Assembly: GCF_006345805.1 (NCBI RefSeq)
Contig: NC_042999.1
Coordinates: 137,144,001 to 137,208,000, forward strand
Origin: Octopus sinensis
Taxonomy: Eukaryota
Reading direction: 5' to 3'
DNA length: 64,000 nucleotides
Shown here: in pieces, positions 36,761 through 51,249 of the stretch
Position numbering within the stretch: position 1 is the stretch's first letter
How the letters are laid out: every line of letters begins with the position of its first letter
Made by a program: the position numbers and the translations under genes
The notes under the pieces: generated by a model
Told to the model about the DNA's origin: nothing
Databases searched by the model: none
Seen by the model: only the letters and a program-made list of their open reading frames with translations

Positions 36761-39209
36761 CTCTGTGTACAACATATGGAGTTTCTATCAACACTCTTCT
36801 TACATATTGAGAACGGCCATCTCTCAGAAGGGACTTATGATTTGTCTGTTTTCCTACTTACTAGGGCTTTGGCTTTTGTTAAATATATAATTTTCCTGGA
36901 ACAGGAACAAATATGAAAAAATGATTCCAGAAGCAGTTCTTGACTGGTAAAAAGAAGTAAACCAACTCTTTTGTGGGAGATGTCATTATTTTCTAAAATT
37001 GCATATATTTCATATGATCGTATAATATTGGATCTATTCAAGTTACTTGTTTGTTGTCACATCTTGGCCATATAGTTGAATAAAACTTCTGACTTTAAAG
37101 TATCACATGTGACAATCTTTCCCAAGACACTCTATTTACATAAGGATTGTTTTAGTGTTTAATCTCTTACATTCTGGTTGTCTCCATTTCTTTGTGAGAT
37201 ACATTGTTTGTTGAGATTGATATTTTGAAGAAAAGCACCTTTCTCTCTTTCTCTCTCTCTCCCCTGTTCTCTATCATGTTTTGCCAAAGCTCTCTTCATA
37301 CCCAGTTGTCCTGTTAAAAATGAATGTACAGAAACAACACAGGGAAGTATGCATTTGCTAGAGATAAGGTACTTATGATGAAACAGAGACAACATTAAAT
37401 AGGAAGGACCTTTTAATCTCGATGGGAGAAATGCAACCTCTCTAGTGCTGGTGCCATAATGTAATACATCCAGCACTCTCCATAAAGAGATTGATGATAG
37501 GAAAGGCATTCAACTAAAGCTCATGCATTCTCCTCGCAATCAAAATGGAATGTACTCACAAGACCTAGTTTCCTACTCATCTTGCAGAACAGTAACTCTG
37601 AATATGAACTGACTTGAATTATGATGACCCATCTTATGCCTGCCAGCATAAAAACAAAGCAGACATAAAAATTTTTGTTTTTCTTCTATTTTAGTACCTC
37701 CCTTTCTTAATTCTTCCTTGCCCTCTTTTCCTAATTCTCTTACTTCAACAAAATTAAAAAAATTATCCAGAATGTTCCTGAATTTGGAGCAAGACATAGA
37801 ATTAGGGTAGGTTCAGCTTCATAGCACAAACATATTAGTTTCTCTTGTGCCTGTCTTTGAGTACATTATCAAATTCATATACTAAATCATTTGATCTACC
37901 CTCTCCCCATACTACTTTCCTTGTTCGACAAGTAGCATAGCTATAATTATAATAACATCTAATAAATGTAGAATTCAGTTTCATAATTCATTTCATCTCT
38001 GTTTCAATCAATGTATGTATGAATCTCTCTCTTTCTTTCTCTCCCTCTTTTCTCTATGGAATTGAATTTGAAACAAGATTGTTGGTTTAGTTACTGTTTT
38101 CCATTAAATATAGATGCATTAAAAGTGTATATGTATTATATGTACATTTACACATGTCTGTGTATACATATATCTGTGCACCTCTACCACCCACATATAC
38201 ATGTATGTATGTTTTTATGTCACCAGTTTTCTATGACTGGAATTTCCTAAATGTCTATTATCTATGGATGGCAACTAGAGGAAATTGGTATTAAATATCG
38301 GCTTAATTTTTGTTATTATTAATCATTTCTGTTTTTAAGTACCTCTCTCCCCATTGAAGTATATCCATTTGCTCGTCAACAGTTTCTATTTTCTAACCTC
38401 ATCTCATATAAACTAATCATTACCATCATAATTTTGTGTCCACTTTCCATGCTGGTATGGATTGCACAAGTTGTCACAATCTGAGTTCTTGTTTAGTGTT
38501 ACCATTCTTGAGGAGTTGAAAAATCATGACTCAATTGTATAGCTGTTTGTTAAGGTTTCTACTGTTGGCTATCCTTGCAAATGCCAATCATTTTACAGTG
38601 TGTTGGTGCCTTTTTTCATAGCACTAGCATTAGTGGAGTTGTCTTGTCATTGGCAAGACTAAAAAGCTATCTCAATTTTATGTTGTCTCTGTTTGTGGCA
38701 ACATAAACAAATGGTGTTTAGAAGAGTGTAACAGAACTGGGGAAAGTGATAAAAAAGAGATTATGATGGAGAAAACAGTGATAGAGATGGGAGGATGATA
38801 GAGGAGACAGCTATAGAAGAGATAGTGATAGGCAGCTATATGTTGGTTGTTGACTGGAGAATGACTAGAAAAACAAACATAAATGGCATGATGGAGGAAG
38901 AGAATAAGAGAAAGACTCAAGAATGGAAAAAGGAGTAGTGTGTGCCAACAATAAGTGCCAGTTGAAGGAGTGAGGAAGATATAGTAGTGAGTGATGGGTG
39001 TCTATTAATAAGAGAAAGAGAGACACAGTGATGACTAGCAATAATGAAAGATGATGGTAGGGACAGCTTAAACTCAAATCCAGTGCCATTCTTCATGTAG
39101 CCAATGAGAGAAAAAAGAAATAGTGATAAAGACTGATGATAGCGGGGGGGGGGGTTAGTGTGTGAGTGTATATACGTGTGTGTGTGTATGTATATAACTA
39201 TAATTATAT

Positions 39210-40150
39210 ATTTACAATAATATATGCTCCATTTAAAGTGACTAAACCTAAACAATTGACTGGAAACAGCTGGGCTGAACCACTGGGAATTGAACTCATC
39301 AATGCTTACATGACTCCGTATGCTCCCAATTCACCCACATAGCCCACTCATCAATTTCAGTCAGTTTTAATGTATAGATAATTTTAGCCTAGAATATATA
39401 TTTATAAATAAATCTGAAGGACGTAAATTACAGAGAAAAGCAACACACATCGTCATCATCATTTAATGTCTGCTTTCCATGCTGCCATGGGTTGGACAGT
39501 TTGACTGAGCTCTGGCAATGTTTCTACAGTTGGATGCCCCTCCTAATGCCAACCACTCAGTGTAGTTGGTGCTTTTTACATGCCACCAGCACAGGAGCCA
39601 GTCAGGCAGCACTGGCATCAACCATATTTGGATGGTGCTTTTTATGTGCCACTGGCATGGGAGCCATAGGTCCTTTCAATTCAGGTGTTCAATTCTCAGT
39701 GGTTTGTTCCAGCTTTTTTCAGTCAGTTGTTTAGGTTTTGTCATTTTAAATAGAGCATATTATTGCAAATAATATATAATTATAGTTATTATCAAAAAGG
39801 GCCTATATGTGTTGCTCTTCTCCATAATTTACAGCCTTTGGGTTTGTTTACAAATTTATAAATATATTTTCTTGACTAAAATTATCTTTACATTAAAATT
39901 GGCTGAAATTGATGGGTGAGCTATGTGGGTGAATTGGGTGCATACGGAGCCATATAAGCATTGATGCCATATTCAATTCCCAGTGGTCCAGCCCATTTTT
40001 TTTTCTTTTCAGTCAATTGTTCAGGTTTAGTTACTTTAAATGGAGCATATATTATTGTAAATAATATATTTTATAAAGGACATATGTGTGTCACTCTTCT
40101 CTGTAATTGACATCCTTCAGGTTTGTTTACAGATTTATAAATATATATAT
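39210..40150. repeat. Roughly 290-bp unit present as one inverted copy and two partial tandem copies, interrupted by a family D retroposon
   Basis: 39210-39450 is the reverse complement of about 39805-40063. 39658-39945 and 39946-40145 are direct copies. A family D insertion lies at about 39451-39657. Confidence 0.85.
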
Positions 40151-42786
40151 ACACATACACACACCACATGTATTCATATCTCAAACTACAGCACTTCTAT
40201 TATTTTAACATTTGTTTTGTATGGGTTTTCTCTAGCACCACATGTTACCTCTTGTGGTCCTTTGCCATCTTTGTATGGTTCAGCTTCCTGCAATTAATAT
40301 TCATCACTTTGTACTATGTCTTATATCCTTATTCCACAGGTTGTATCCACTTCAAGTACTTGATGCTTTTTTTATGCAACTGACATCCTCTGTACACATC
40401 AGCGGCCCCTACAAGTGAAGCTTTCTCTCTTTCACGCTACACCTGATTCTTTTTTATCTACAGTTTTCTTCTCAGTTCATTTGTACTCAGTCATTCATGC
40501 ATCCCAACATTAAATATCCTGCAAAACTTGCTTCTTACTCATTTCTTTCCAGCCTTCACATTTATCCTCCACATATATATCATAGCTATAAAGTGATGTA
40601 CAAGCATTCAGCTCTGAAGGCACTGCCTTTCATAGCAGAAACAGCCATAAGCCAATGAAGCTGATTACATAATTCTTGTTTGCTTGTCATTCCATTAATC
40701 ATATCACATTTTGTACTTGCCTAACTTTTACTCTGAAGTGTATGTATATTGAGTTCTAACAATAGGCTATTAGTATCACTATGTCAAGGCAAGATCATAA
40801 AAAAACATTATGTGAATGCTATAATTTTTTAATAAAAGGAAATGGTGCTCAATATATGATGTAGAATTTATTCAAGAACTGACAAGTTCTTTTTATGTTG
40901 TTTCTGAGTTTAAAAAGCAAATTACCCTTGTGAAATTGGATGGATAACATGCAGTTTTATTTCCTGTTCTCTTTGTAAATTTTAAAACCTTGTACTTTTT
41001 GAAAATAAATCAATATTTCTCAATTTTGAAATATGTTTGAATAATTGAAAATGGTTAAAAACCCAAACTTCAAGTATTATTTTTTTTTATCCATTTTCCT
41101 TTTTACTTGTTTTCATTTAATTTCCATTTCTTTTTTCAAAGAAGTAAATTAAAAATATTGACTTCTACACCTAATATCAAGTCAGAAAGTAATGTTATGT
41201 CATACAATGGGTCATTGAGACATAACCAATGTCTTTATTTCATCAAAAGATGCAGAGATATATTGGAGCATTCTTACTCCAATGGAATGATTTCAGCATC
41301 TAGCAGTTCAGGCCAACATAACCTTTTTACACTGTTTAGTCAACAGAGTAAGGGCTGTGCCCATGAATTTTATATTTTTTCTGCTGGGCCCTTGGGACTG
41401 GTCAGATAAAGGAAAATAGATCTTGATATCATCAGACTGCACATAGTTCAAATACTTGCAACAGTGGACACCTGTTAATGATACTCTAGGGTGCCATTAA
41501 GTTAGTCACACATTGATTGCAGATATGAATTATGTGCCTGTATATATATGACACCTGTTTATGTTAAGTAGACTGACATAATGCTATAGTTAGGTGTACT
41601 TGTAACCTGATAACTGCTTAGATTGAAGTGGACCAGTAACATTTTACATTGGAGCAGACCTGTGTGGAGAGTTTGTTTTGCATATGAATATGATAGGGGA
41701 TGTATGTCTGGATACATTGTCTAAAGTATTCATTAAATCTTATTGGTGCCGATTTTATCATTTGTTACTATGGGAGTTGCTAAAATATATACTGGTAGTA
41801 TATTGGTTCATCTACATTGCATCTTTACCATCTATGAAAGAGAAAGAAAATGGTTTAAGGAAGAAACTATTATCTACATGGTGCCAAGTTTTCATTGAAT
41901 TGATATGGCATGATTCAGTTTTCAACATCTTGATGTAACTCTTGCTCTTGGAACAAGCATAAACTTATAAATTTTAATTTTCTGTACTCTGTAACTCTGT
42001 CATTAAGCCTAATTGAAATAATTTACAGTATCACCTCAAAAGTATTCATCTTATTTTTTTTACGTAACATTTAAATGCTTTTTTCAGCAAGCAAGTTCAC
42101 ATATACCGGTGAGGTTTTGCTTTGATTGAATGAAACTAACATCTGTTGCACAGAATTATTTCACTATGTAGTAAGACTCTATTTCTGATCAAAGGCCAAA
42201 GACATGTTTTTCACAGTTAGAAACGGAGGCAAATATATTTGTACTGTCAATTTCTGAATGAAAAAGAGATCTGGCTCTTTCTTAACATTAATGTAGTATT
42301 TCTTGCATTATTCACATGCCATCTTGGTTTTCTCTCTCTTTCTGCCTTCCCTCTAGTAGGGTAGTTTACTGTTTTCATCTTTTTAGGGTGGTGAATAAGA
42401 AGCAATTATCATTGTCTAGTGCGCTAGTTCACATATATTTATTACTATATCAAATCATAAAACACCCCTTGATTGTTGGTCTATTATGGGACTTGACTAC
42501 ATGGTATAATAAATTCTACAATACAGCCAATGTTGGTTTTTATCCTTGTCAGGTAAAACTCACCAGTATGAATGAACTTCCCCATTGAAAAACATTTCAA
42601 TGTTACTTTTGTCCATCAAGCTGGGCATATTTTGTACCATAGTTCACTCCTGTTTAATTTTTCCTATACACCTATGGTTTACACATTTCTTTCAAAAGCC
42701 TAATTTTGAATTAAATTCAGCAATAATATCAGCACATTTCATTGACAGTATTTACATACAAGAAGCAGTGAGCTGGCAGAATCATT

Positions 42787-43025
42787 ACCTATTTCTTTAC
42801 TACCCACAAGGAGCTAAACACAGAGAGAACAAACAAGGACAGACAAACGGATTAAGTCGATTATATCGCCCCCAGTGCGTAACTGGTACTTATTTAATTG
42901 ACCCCGAAAGGATGAAAGGCAAAGTCGACCTCGGCAGAATTTGAACTCAGAACGTAACGGCAGACGAAATACGGCTATGCATTTCACCCGGCATGCTAAC
43001 GGTTCTGCCAGCTCGCCGCCTTCAA
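42787..43025 (-). mobile_element. Young family A SINE inserted antisense into an older family A SINE, with 11-bp TSD
   Basis: CpG-rich, near-intact copy flanked by GCAGAATCATT at 42776-42786 and 43026-43036. The host SINE (+) continues to about 43235. Confidence 0.9.
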
Positions 43026-45445
43026 GCAGAATCATTGCCATACTGGAAAAAAAAATGCTTAGCAGCATTTCCTCTGACTTTACATTCTGAGTTCAAATGT
43101 TGCTAAAGTCGATTTTGCCTTTCATCTTTTCAGGAGTTGATGATAAAATAAGTGCCAGTCAAGTACTGGGGTTGATGTAATCAACTTGCACTCTCCTCCA
43201 CAATTTCTGACCTAGTGCCAAAATTTGAAACCAATATTTTTGACATACAGGGATATTAAAAAATGCGTGATGGGAAAACAAAAATGAAGTAACATTATAG
43301 AATAAGTAACTTTAACTTTGCATTGATGATTATAACATGATAGAGGAAAAGAAATAACCATTTCATAAATACAATATCAAATACTAAACTAGATCAGAGC
43401 TTCCACTCAAAGATTTATTTTGAACAAGGTATCATTACTTTTACCCACCACCACAATAAAAGTGAAAAAGAATATGAGCTGTTCTACAAGTTGAGAGATA
43501 GCAGCTGAGTGAAAAACTTTACATTACCTGAATTAAACCAAAAATGCTCTTTTATTATGGATTAGCAGAATTAGCTGAATGTTGGATAAAATGCCTTGCA
43601 GTATCTAGTTGTCTTTTTTACATTCTAAGGTCCAGGTAGACTTTGCCATTCAAACTTTGAGGGTTGATTATTTTTTCATGCTCAGGATTACCAAAGCATA
43701 GAAAAATCTACTTATGTCTCTTCCTGGCTGTCCAGACACTATCCTTCAAAAATTTCATGCTTTCTGAAATCCATCAACACTATTCCTAATGTACCTATGG
43801 ATCCTTTCCTCTTTAGAGTTCTTTTACTTTTCTGTCTTTTTGTGTGTTTATCATATGTATTTATGCATGTACTTTTGGCTTAATTTCCCTCTTTCTTTAC
43901 TTATTGCTGCCTTCTGTTACTTCTTTTACCTTTTCTTGAGGAATTGTAGTGCAGCTGAGCAGTGTGTATGATAAGTTCATTATTATAATTACTATTTTTC
44001 CCTACTTTAAAATATCTGATTGCTTATCAGCATTGGAAATTGTTATTACTATCAATATTAATGTTTCTATAGGAAATACAATGGCTATTAGGCTAAATTG
44101 CAAAACAAGTGAGTACATGATCTTAGTTTCAAATCTTGATACAGTTAGTGTAGTCTGAGTAAAATGTTCTTTATTTCATTTTTGAATGACTGAACCCAAA
44201 CCAGTTGCATCCCTACTTCAGAGTTGCAGGGTTTTCTGTAGCAAGGGTATCCAATTACTCCAACAAATCCCCTTCAATTATGTTACAGTGACAAGTTGGT
44301 AGAGTATTGAACAAGGTATCAAACTGTGCTGATTACATGATTGAGAAGTGCAACCTTCTTAACCATACAAACATGTCTGACATTATTTTGTGTCAATATA
44401 AATCATTATTCAGACCATATAATTAATTTTATCTTCATAATTTTTGTTATTATTAGGTCAGTAGATAAGACAATAGTGTTGCACTAAATGACTTACTATA
44501 ATTGTATGTGTTTACATTCTGAATTCAATTTTCATCACTGTCAACTTTGCCTTTCATCCCTATATGGATCAATAAAAAAAATACCAGGTGCATAATAGAG
44601 TTAACTGAATTGATTTACATGCTATTATAAACTCTGCAGTGTATACTAGATACATTAATATTATTGTCGTTTAGCACCATTCAGTCCTGTTGAATAGACT
44701 TCAGATCATAAACATTCTAATTATGACTGTCTTGCTTTTTTTTATTTTTATTATCTAGTATCTAACACTACATTATCCAATATAGTTTCAGATACATCTT
44801 AAGATGTTAGTGTGATTTAATAAGGATTTGACTATTATTTCTAGCTTAAGTGACCATGTGGAATCACTCTTGTTGGCTTTTACTTTTAATGCATTGGATT
44901 AAATGTGCTGTAGTATTTATTTTTGTCTCAAGTCCCATGAACATATTCCATTGAGCAGGAATTTGCTTTCATCTTCCTGAAATTGATAAATTGGACGCCA
45001 GTTATAGATTAGGATTGACTTAGTTACATACCCCACTCATCCCCAACAAAACCAGCCAGTGAGAGTCTCTGTGGTTGCTTAACCTGTTACAAATAGATCA
45101 CTATTATTTTAGTTAGATGCTGTCTTCTGAATTAAAATCTCGGTGAGGCCAACTTTGCCCTCCATCTCTCCAATGTCAATAAAATAAATACTAGTAATGT
45201 ATTCAGGAAAGAGATGTGAATGTAATTCATTTGATCATACATTCCCTTTATAAATCTGCAATCTTGTGCAATTATTGTTACTGCTGCCACTACGGTTGTA
45301 GTAGTGGCAGTGGTGCTCATCACCGTCAAAGGGAACCTTTAAAGCCACATAATAAATGGCCCTGCTCAAACAGCAACAAAATCAACCACATCTATCCTTT
45401 AATATTTTGCCCTTTCATCTCCTGAGATGGTAATATGATGCTGAA

Positions 45446-45502
45446 AAGGATCTCTCTCTCTCTCTCTCTCTCTCTGTATATATATATATATATATATATA
45501 TT
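45446..45502. repeat. Compound (CT)n(TA)n microsatellite
   Basis: Direct reading. Confidence 0.9.
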
Positions 45503-47078
45503 ATATTTTGACATTGACTTCAGTTTTGCTTGCTTATTCAGTATGAACAAACCATACACACCTAGAAAAATTCTGAAGTCATTGTCCATGAAATTATTAT
45601 AAATATCAGATTCTACACTTGTATTGAGTCCATTATTCAGTTAATATTTACTGTTTTCATGCATGCAAAAACAGTTTTGCTTTCTATGTATGTTAATAAT
45701 TACTGTAGCTGTTTTGGCAACACCATTAACAAATGATATAGATTGTCTGATAGAATTTATAAATGATGTCCTACTAAATGTTAATGCTAGATCATTATTA
45801 AATAAGATATTAGTGTGAATAGCAGAGATGACAGGTTGTCAGTTAATCTTGTCATCAGCACAGCATTGCATTTGTGGCCAAAAAAGATGAGTACTAGCCA
45901 ACAAGTGAACTTCTACATTGGTTGTTGAACCTGTTAGAAATAACAGCTAATTATTCCTCTCCTCAAATTATATCCTCTGTCTTTGATAAAGAAAGAGTAC
46001 ATTAGATAATAACTTATATCATGAAGTCGTTGTTGGAACACTTTATTATGTCTACTGGTTCATGACCTTATAACCCTTAGCAGATGGTTCCACTTTGGTC
46101 TAAGTAGGTTATTACCATTTAATCTCAGATCAGCCTTAATCAAGTGGACCTATTATTACAAGCACTCCAACTATGACTATCCTATCCTTTTGTGTATCTA
46201 GGATTACATTAGTCAATGCATTTTTTTTTTTTTAAGGTAGTGTGATTTTTTTTTTGTTAGGGGTATTTGGCTACTATTTCTTGCAGGGCAAGTAGCTACA
46301 AATTTTAAATAGGTAACAGTGTTGTTCTTTTACCATTACAAGTAATGGCTATTCTGAGAGTATAAAATGTGTTCATTATCTTTCAATATTGGAGTTTAAT
46401 TCTAATTGATAGACCAGTGTTCTACTGGTCTTTTTCTGATTTGAGTAATGCCAAGGAAATGACAAATCTTATAATTTACCAATTCTGCCAACACCCCCAG
46501 CCTGCTATTTTATATATTTGGCTTGATTTCTGTGACTGGGTGCCATTCCTAACACCAAACACTTTGCAGTGTGCACTGGGTGCTTTTAAAATGGCACCAG
46601 CATGTGCACTTTTATGTGGGGCTGGCAGAAGTTAAATATAGTCTTTGATATGAAAGAAAAGGGTGTCATTATGCTGTTTGCATCATATATGTATTTGTTT
46701 ATATTCATAATGATCCACTCCTCCACTATCTTGTTTCTTTTGTCACATCCAGTACTTCAAGTAATAAGAGTCCACCGTTTTGTTGTCTAACAGATCACTC
46801 ATAGTGTGATAATGAGTAGAAATACTCAATTGCCAGATTCAAATAAATAAAACTTTATTTCATGTACTGAGTACTTTTTCTCCCATTTATTACACATAAT
46901 TTAAAACAGTTTTGTTGATAAAGTATTTGATGTCTGCTTTATTGCAAGAAAGTAATGGAAAATTAGTCAACATTATTATATATTATGTATGTAATGGAAA
47001 ATATGTCAACTATATATTATTATGCATATGTACACACACAGACATGCATACATGTATTTTTTTCATTTTATTTTTTAG

Positions 47079-47231
<153 letters not shown>

Positions 47232-47639
47232 TAACTTTTTTTATCATTTTTTTTTGTATTCTATTTTTATTGTCAAGTATAAAACAATGAGAATTAAACT
47301 CCCAGCTGACTAAATTTATATTTCAATTTCAAGTTGAAATTATTTTACTTCAGTGATGTAATGTAAATGCTTACAATAGGTATAAGAAATATTGGTGCAT
47401 GACTGCATTGTCAAGTTCAAACTCTTTGAAGAATATACAAACTAACAAAACACCCAACTTTTACAGTGCTACTTGTAATCATCATCGTTCCTTTCCTGCA
47501 GTGTTAATTTTGTGATACATGTTTCTTGGGATAGCTGCAAAGACTAAATCCCCCATATAGTCAGTGAGTACTGTCTCCAATAGACTAGCTGGCTAAGTGA
47601 ACTAAGGTGCATGTTGCCCTGAGAAACATTAAAAACTAG

Positions 47640-47875
47640 TTACAGACAGAAATAGCTACAGCATCAATAACTATATGACTCATAAGCAGTGTACTTGTAC
47701 ATGCACCACCAAGTGCAGCAGAACAATAACTGATGTACTCTGTGTTCACCTTGTTCACCTCCACTTTGGCTACCACCAGAATCCATTGGTATACAGAAAG
47801 AAATAGATTTTGATAGCCAAAAGAATATTTCTCCAGACTATCTACTGCACCCCATATTAAGTACAGATATAACAT
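47640..47875 (-). mobile_element. CR1/L2-group LINE fragment
   Basis: EYISYCSAALGGACTSTLL resembles the MEYCSxxWGGAxxTxL motif. Confidence 0.4.
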
Positions 47876-50800
47876 GCCTCCCTTCAGCTGACAACCATGA
47901 TGATGATCATCATCATCATTAAATGATGATGGTGATGGTTGTCAGCTGGATTGAGTCATGTTATATCTGTAACAACAAATCTATGGATTATTTGTTCCTA
48001 GTGATTAAATTGACCCTCTGCTTACCCTTTTCTGTATGATCAGAGCTAATCTAGAGCTATACAGCAAGAACTAAGATTTGTAGAAGTATGTAATTAAGAG
48101 TACTACCCAAATAAGTAACAAATCCTTTTCAGGGGATTTGATTATGGAATTTTAAAATTCTTAGAATCAGTATTTTTTAATTATCTTACATCACAACTTG
48201 TGAATAATAGCATATTTGATCACAGGCCAATCACTGGTTCACTGCATTTACAATAGTCAATATAATGAGGGATCTTCTGTAACTTGATACAAGACAAATG
48301 ATTCACAAAGTACCTGTTTTACATCAATGCCTGTATTCTTCATTGATACACATCAATAAAATATACACACGCTATGGGGCTTTGTACAATTTTTGCCATA
48401 TGTACTGTTAAGACCTGAGTCACAACACATTAGACTCTACATAATTAAAATAGCAATTGTTTTCTTAATGTTGAAAATAATTTTCAAAGAAGTGTAATGT
48501 ATTGAATATCTATTAACTTAGGACTATTTTAAACAAAGTGATGCATTTGTTGTAATTTGTGATTTATATTACTCTAGGAAAATAGTTTATTCTTAGAACA
48601 GAGAAAAATAATGGAATATCAGAATATTTGATCTCTGATTGAGTCTGACACTTCACACAGTAGTATTGATATGTAATATATCAAGAATTAATATATTAAA
48701 CACTTTTTAAACTATTACATCAATAGTTTCATGCTTGTGTGACTGTCATGGATTTTATAAATTTGGACATTTCCATATTAGTATTTTTTTTTAATAGCCA
48801 GATACTTTTTATTGTTATATCTAAGCAACTGTTCAACAAATTGTTAAAGCAATTGTTGGTAGCTGAGGCAAGCAAAGATTTGAGCTTTAACTAGAGGCCC
48901 AACACAATAGCTTGCAAAGAAATATTTTTCCTTCGATAAAAAAAATCTCTCTGGAAATGTTAACCTTTACAAACTTCTTTCTCTCACAACACTCTATCAT
49001 ACATTTTTACTGTTTTATTACAGATTATCTGTAGCCAAATAATTCTACTGACCACATTTTGTAAATATGGTATGGTTTGAATACCTGACCATATTTGTAG
49101 CTCAATATTTCATTTAAGCACTAGTAAAACCTGGTCCATTGACTTGTCTATGGAGCAGTAACTCCAAATACAAGTTAACTCAAATTATGATAACCCACCC
49201 AGTTTATGCCAGTTTGGAGAACCTGCTTATTCTGAGGTCATTTCAGATATATTTTAAAGAAGTGCAGATATTTTTTGGTGTCAATATTTTCAGATATTTT
49301 TTAGTGTAGATATTTTTAGATATTTTTTTTCACCATCACCTATGAGATTAGGAGTTATGACGAGTTGTATATTTTTTTTCATTAAATGTAATGGAGTGAT
49401 TCATCTGTATGCTCTCTACTCTACAGAACAATTTAGTAGATGAGCAGTCTAACCTTCTTACATTAGTGTGCTGGTTTACCTACAAGTAGAAAGCTGTACC
49501 CCTTCCCTATTTTACGGAGTAGTTAAAATTTTTAGGGTGTTGAAAATTCTGAAGTCTGGAAAAGAAACTTACTTTCCATGATGCAGTTAATGTGATATTG
49601 TCTCCTGTAACCTTGAAATGTTAATTGATTTTAGTAAATGCATGAAACTTTGGCAATTAATATAAAATGTAATTAGGTTAGGATTGTCCTGAATGATTGA
49701 TGAAATTTTAGTCTAAGAATTAGCTATGTTAAAGAAGATATTCTTGAAGCTGCTCTGTTGTGGGAGTAAAAGCTGATATAGCTGGCAGTGCTGCTGTGTT
49801 AAGTTACTGGTAGCACATAACCATTTATTATTACCATACCTAGCAATAAATTTTTGCATAAAACAAAAAGAATATGAAGTGATGTCAACTTTGTAGGGAG
49901 TTTTCAGTATTGAATTGCAGAAACTTTGTCTTCCTTTCTGCTCTAAGGGTTTTCCTCAAACTGAGAACCCAGCCTTTGCTTTCTGAAACAGAATCCCAAA
50001 TTACATTTTGGTTCTCTATTTCAAGGAGTAATTATTTTACTGTTAAGTATGGAAATAAATACCTTTATTTTTTTCTAAATAATAGCTCCTACCTGGCTAT
50101 TTATATTGAAAACTAACTGCTTCTTGTTGCTATGAACTGACAAAAGTATATAATGAAGGCTAAATATGAATTCCTTAAAGAAAATAACTACATAGCTTGG
50201 TTAGATACAAACTGAGTTGGTAATTAAATTAATATAATTAATATTTCTTTTCTAAAGGTGTACACATATTCTAAATTGAGCTAAAAACTTCTGTTTTGAA
50301 ATTTAAGATGTTTTTATTGTATGGAGTTAATTTTATATCTTTCTTATCCCTAAATTAAGCTAACTAGGCTCTTTTAAATAAATTAAATTTAATGGCTTTT
50401 CCCTTACTTTACAGAGAGATTTTGAAGGAATAGGAGAGGCAGTACAAATTCTTTACTACTAAGCAAATTAAACCCAATAAAAATTTATCAAAGTTTATAG
50501 AAATATCCACAACAGATGTTAACTCTTGCCTATTTGGCTGGTAGTTCATAATTATATGATCATTTTCCACCCATTTTTTCTTTTCTCAAGCATATTAACT
50601 GAGTTTTTTTTATAACCCTTACATTAAAACTTTTGAAGATTTTTTCTTTAGTTAATAGTTAAAGGAATCTGTTAGTCTGAGAGGATCTTTTATGTCCTAA
50701 ATGAACTTAATATCTAGTTTGAATCGTTATTAAATTTTTCATTGAGCATCTTTAGAGTGGAGAAAAGTTTGAAGATATGTAGTCTTAATGTAACCAACAG

Positions 50801-51205
50801 CTTCTGGAATGTGTTATACAGTAGGAGTTTGGAAAGAAAGTGATGGAATTAAATGCATCCAAATAGTGGCAATATAGAGCAAGATGTTTGATCTACTCAA
50901 AGAAATTGGTGTTTTCACCCTCTTCTTAACTTTGGCAAGAGACTTGTAATGTCTCGCTAAAAAAAAAAATTAAAAATCAAAAAGCTTACTATTCTTAACA
51001 TTAGTTGCTCTGCTGTCACATGTTGATTTGCTCATGGCAGTCTGCAACTTTGAAGTAAATCTCATTCAAATTATTCCTTATTTGAGCTAATTACATCTCT
51101 TTTTATAAATGAATATGTTCCATAACCCTTAATGACACATTAGTTTACTAGTTTAAGCTTTTCTCTGATGTATTACTTAGCTTGAGAAAATCAGCACAAT
51201 GGGAA

Positions 51206-51249
<44 letters not shown>

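Noticed and set aside
37159-37797. Two minus-strand ORFs (116 aa and 74 aa)
   Set aside because: Partly inflated by GA-rich simple repeats, with no recognisable domain. Possibly a decayed LINE, but I could not assign it.
47396-47401. UGCAUG (Rbfox motif) about 180 nt downstream of the NKAIN exon
   Set aside because: A single hexamer that occurs many times in this window; not distinguishable from background without conservation data.
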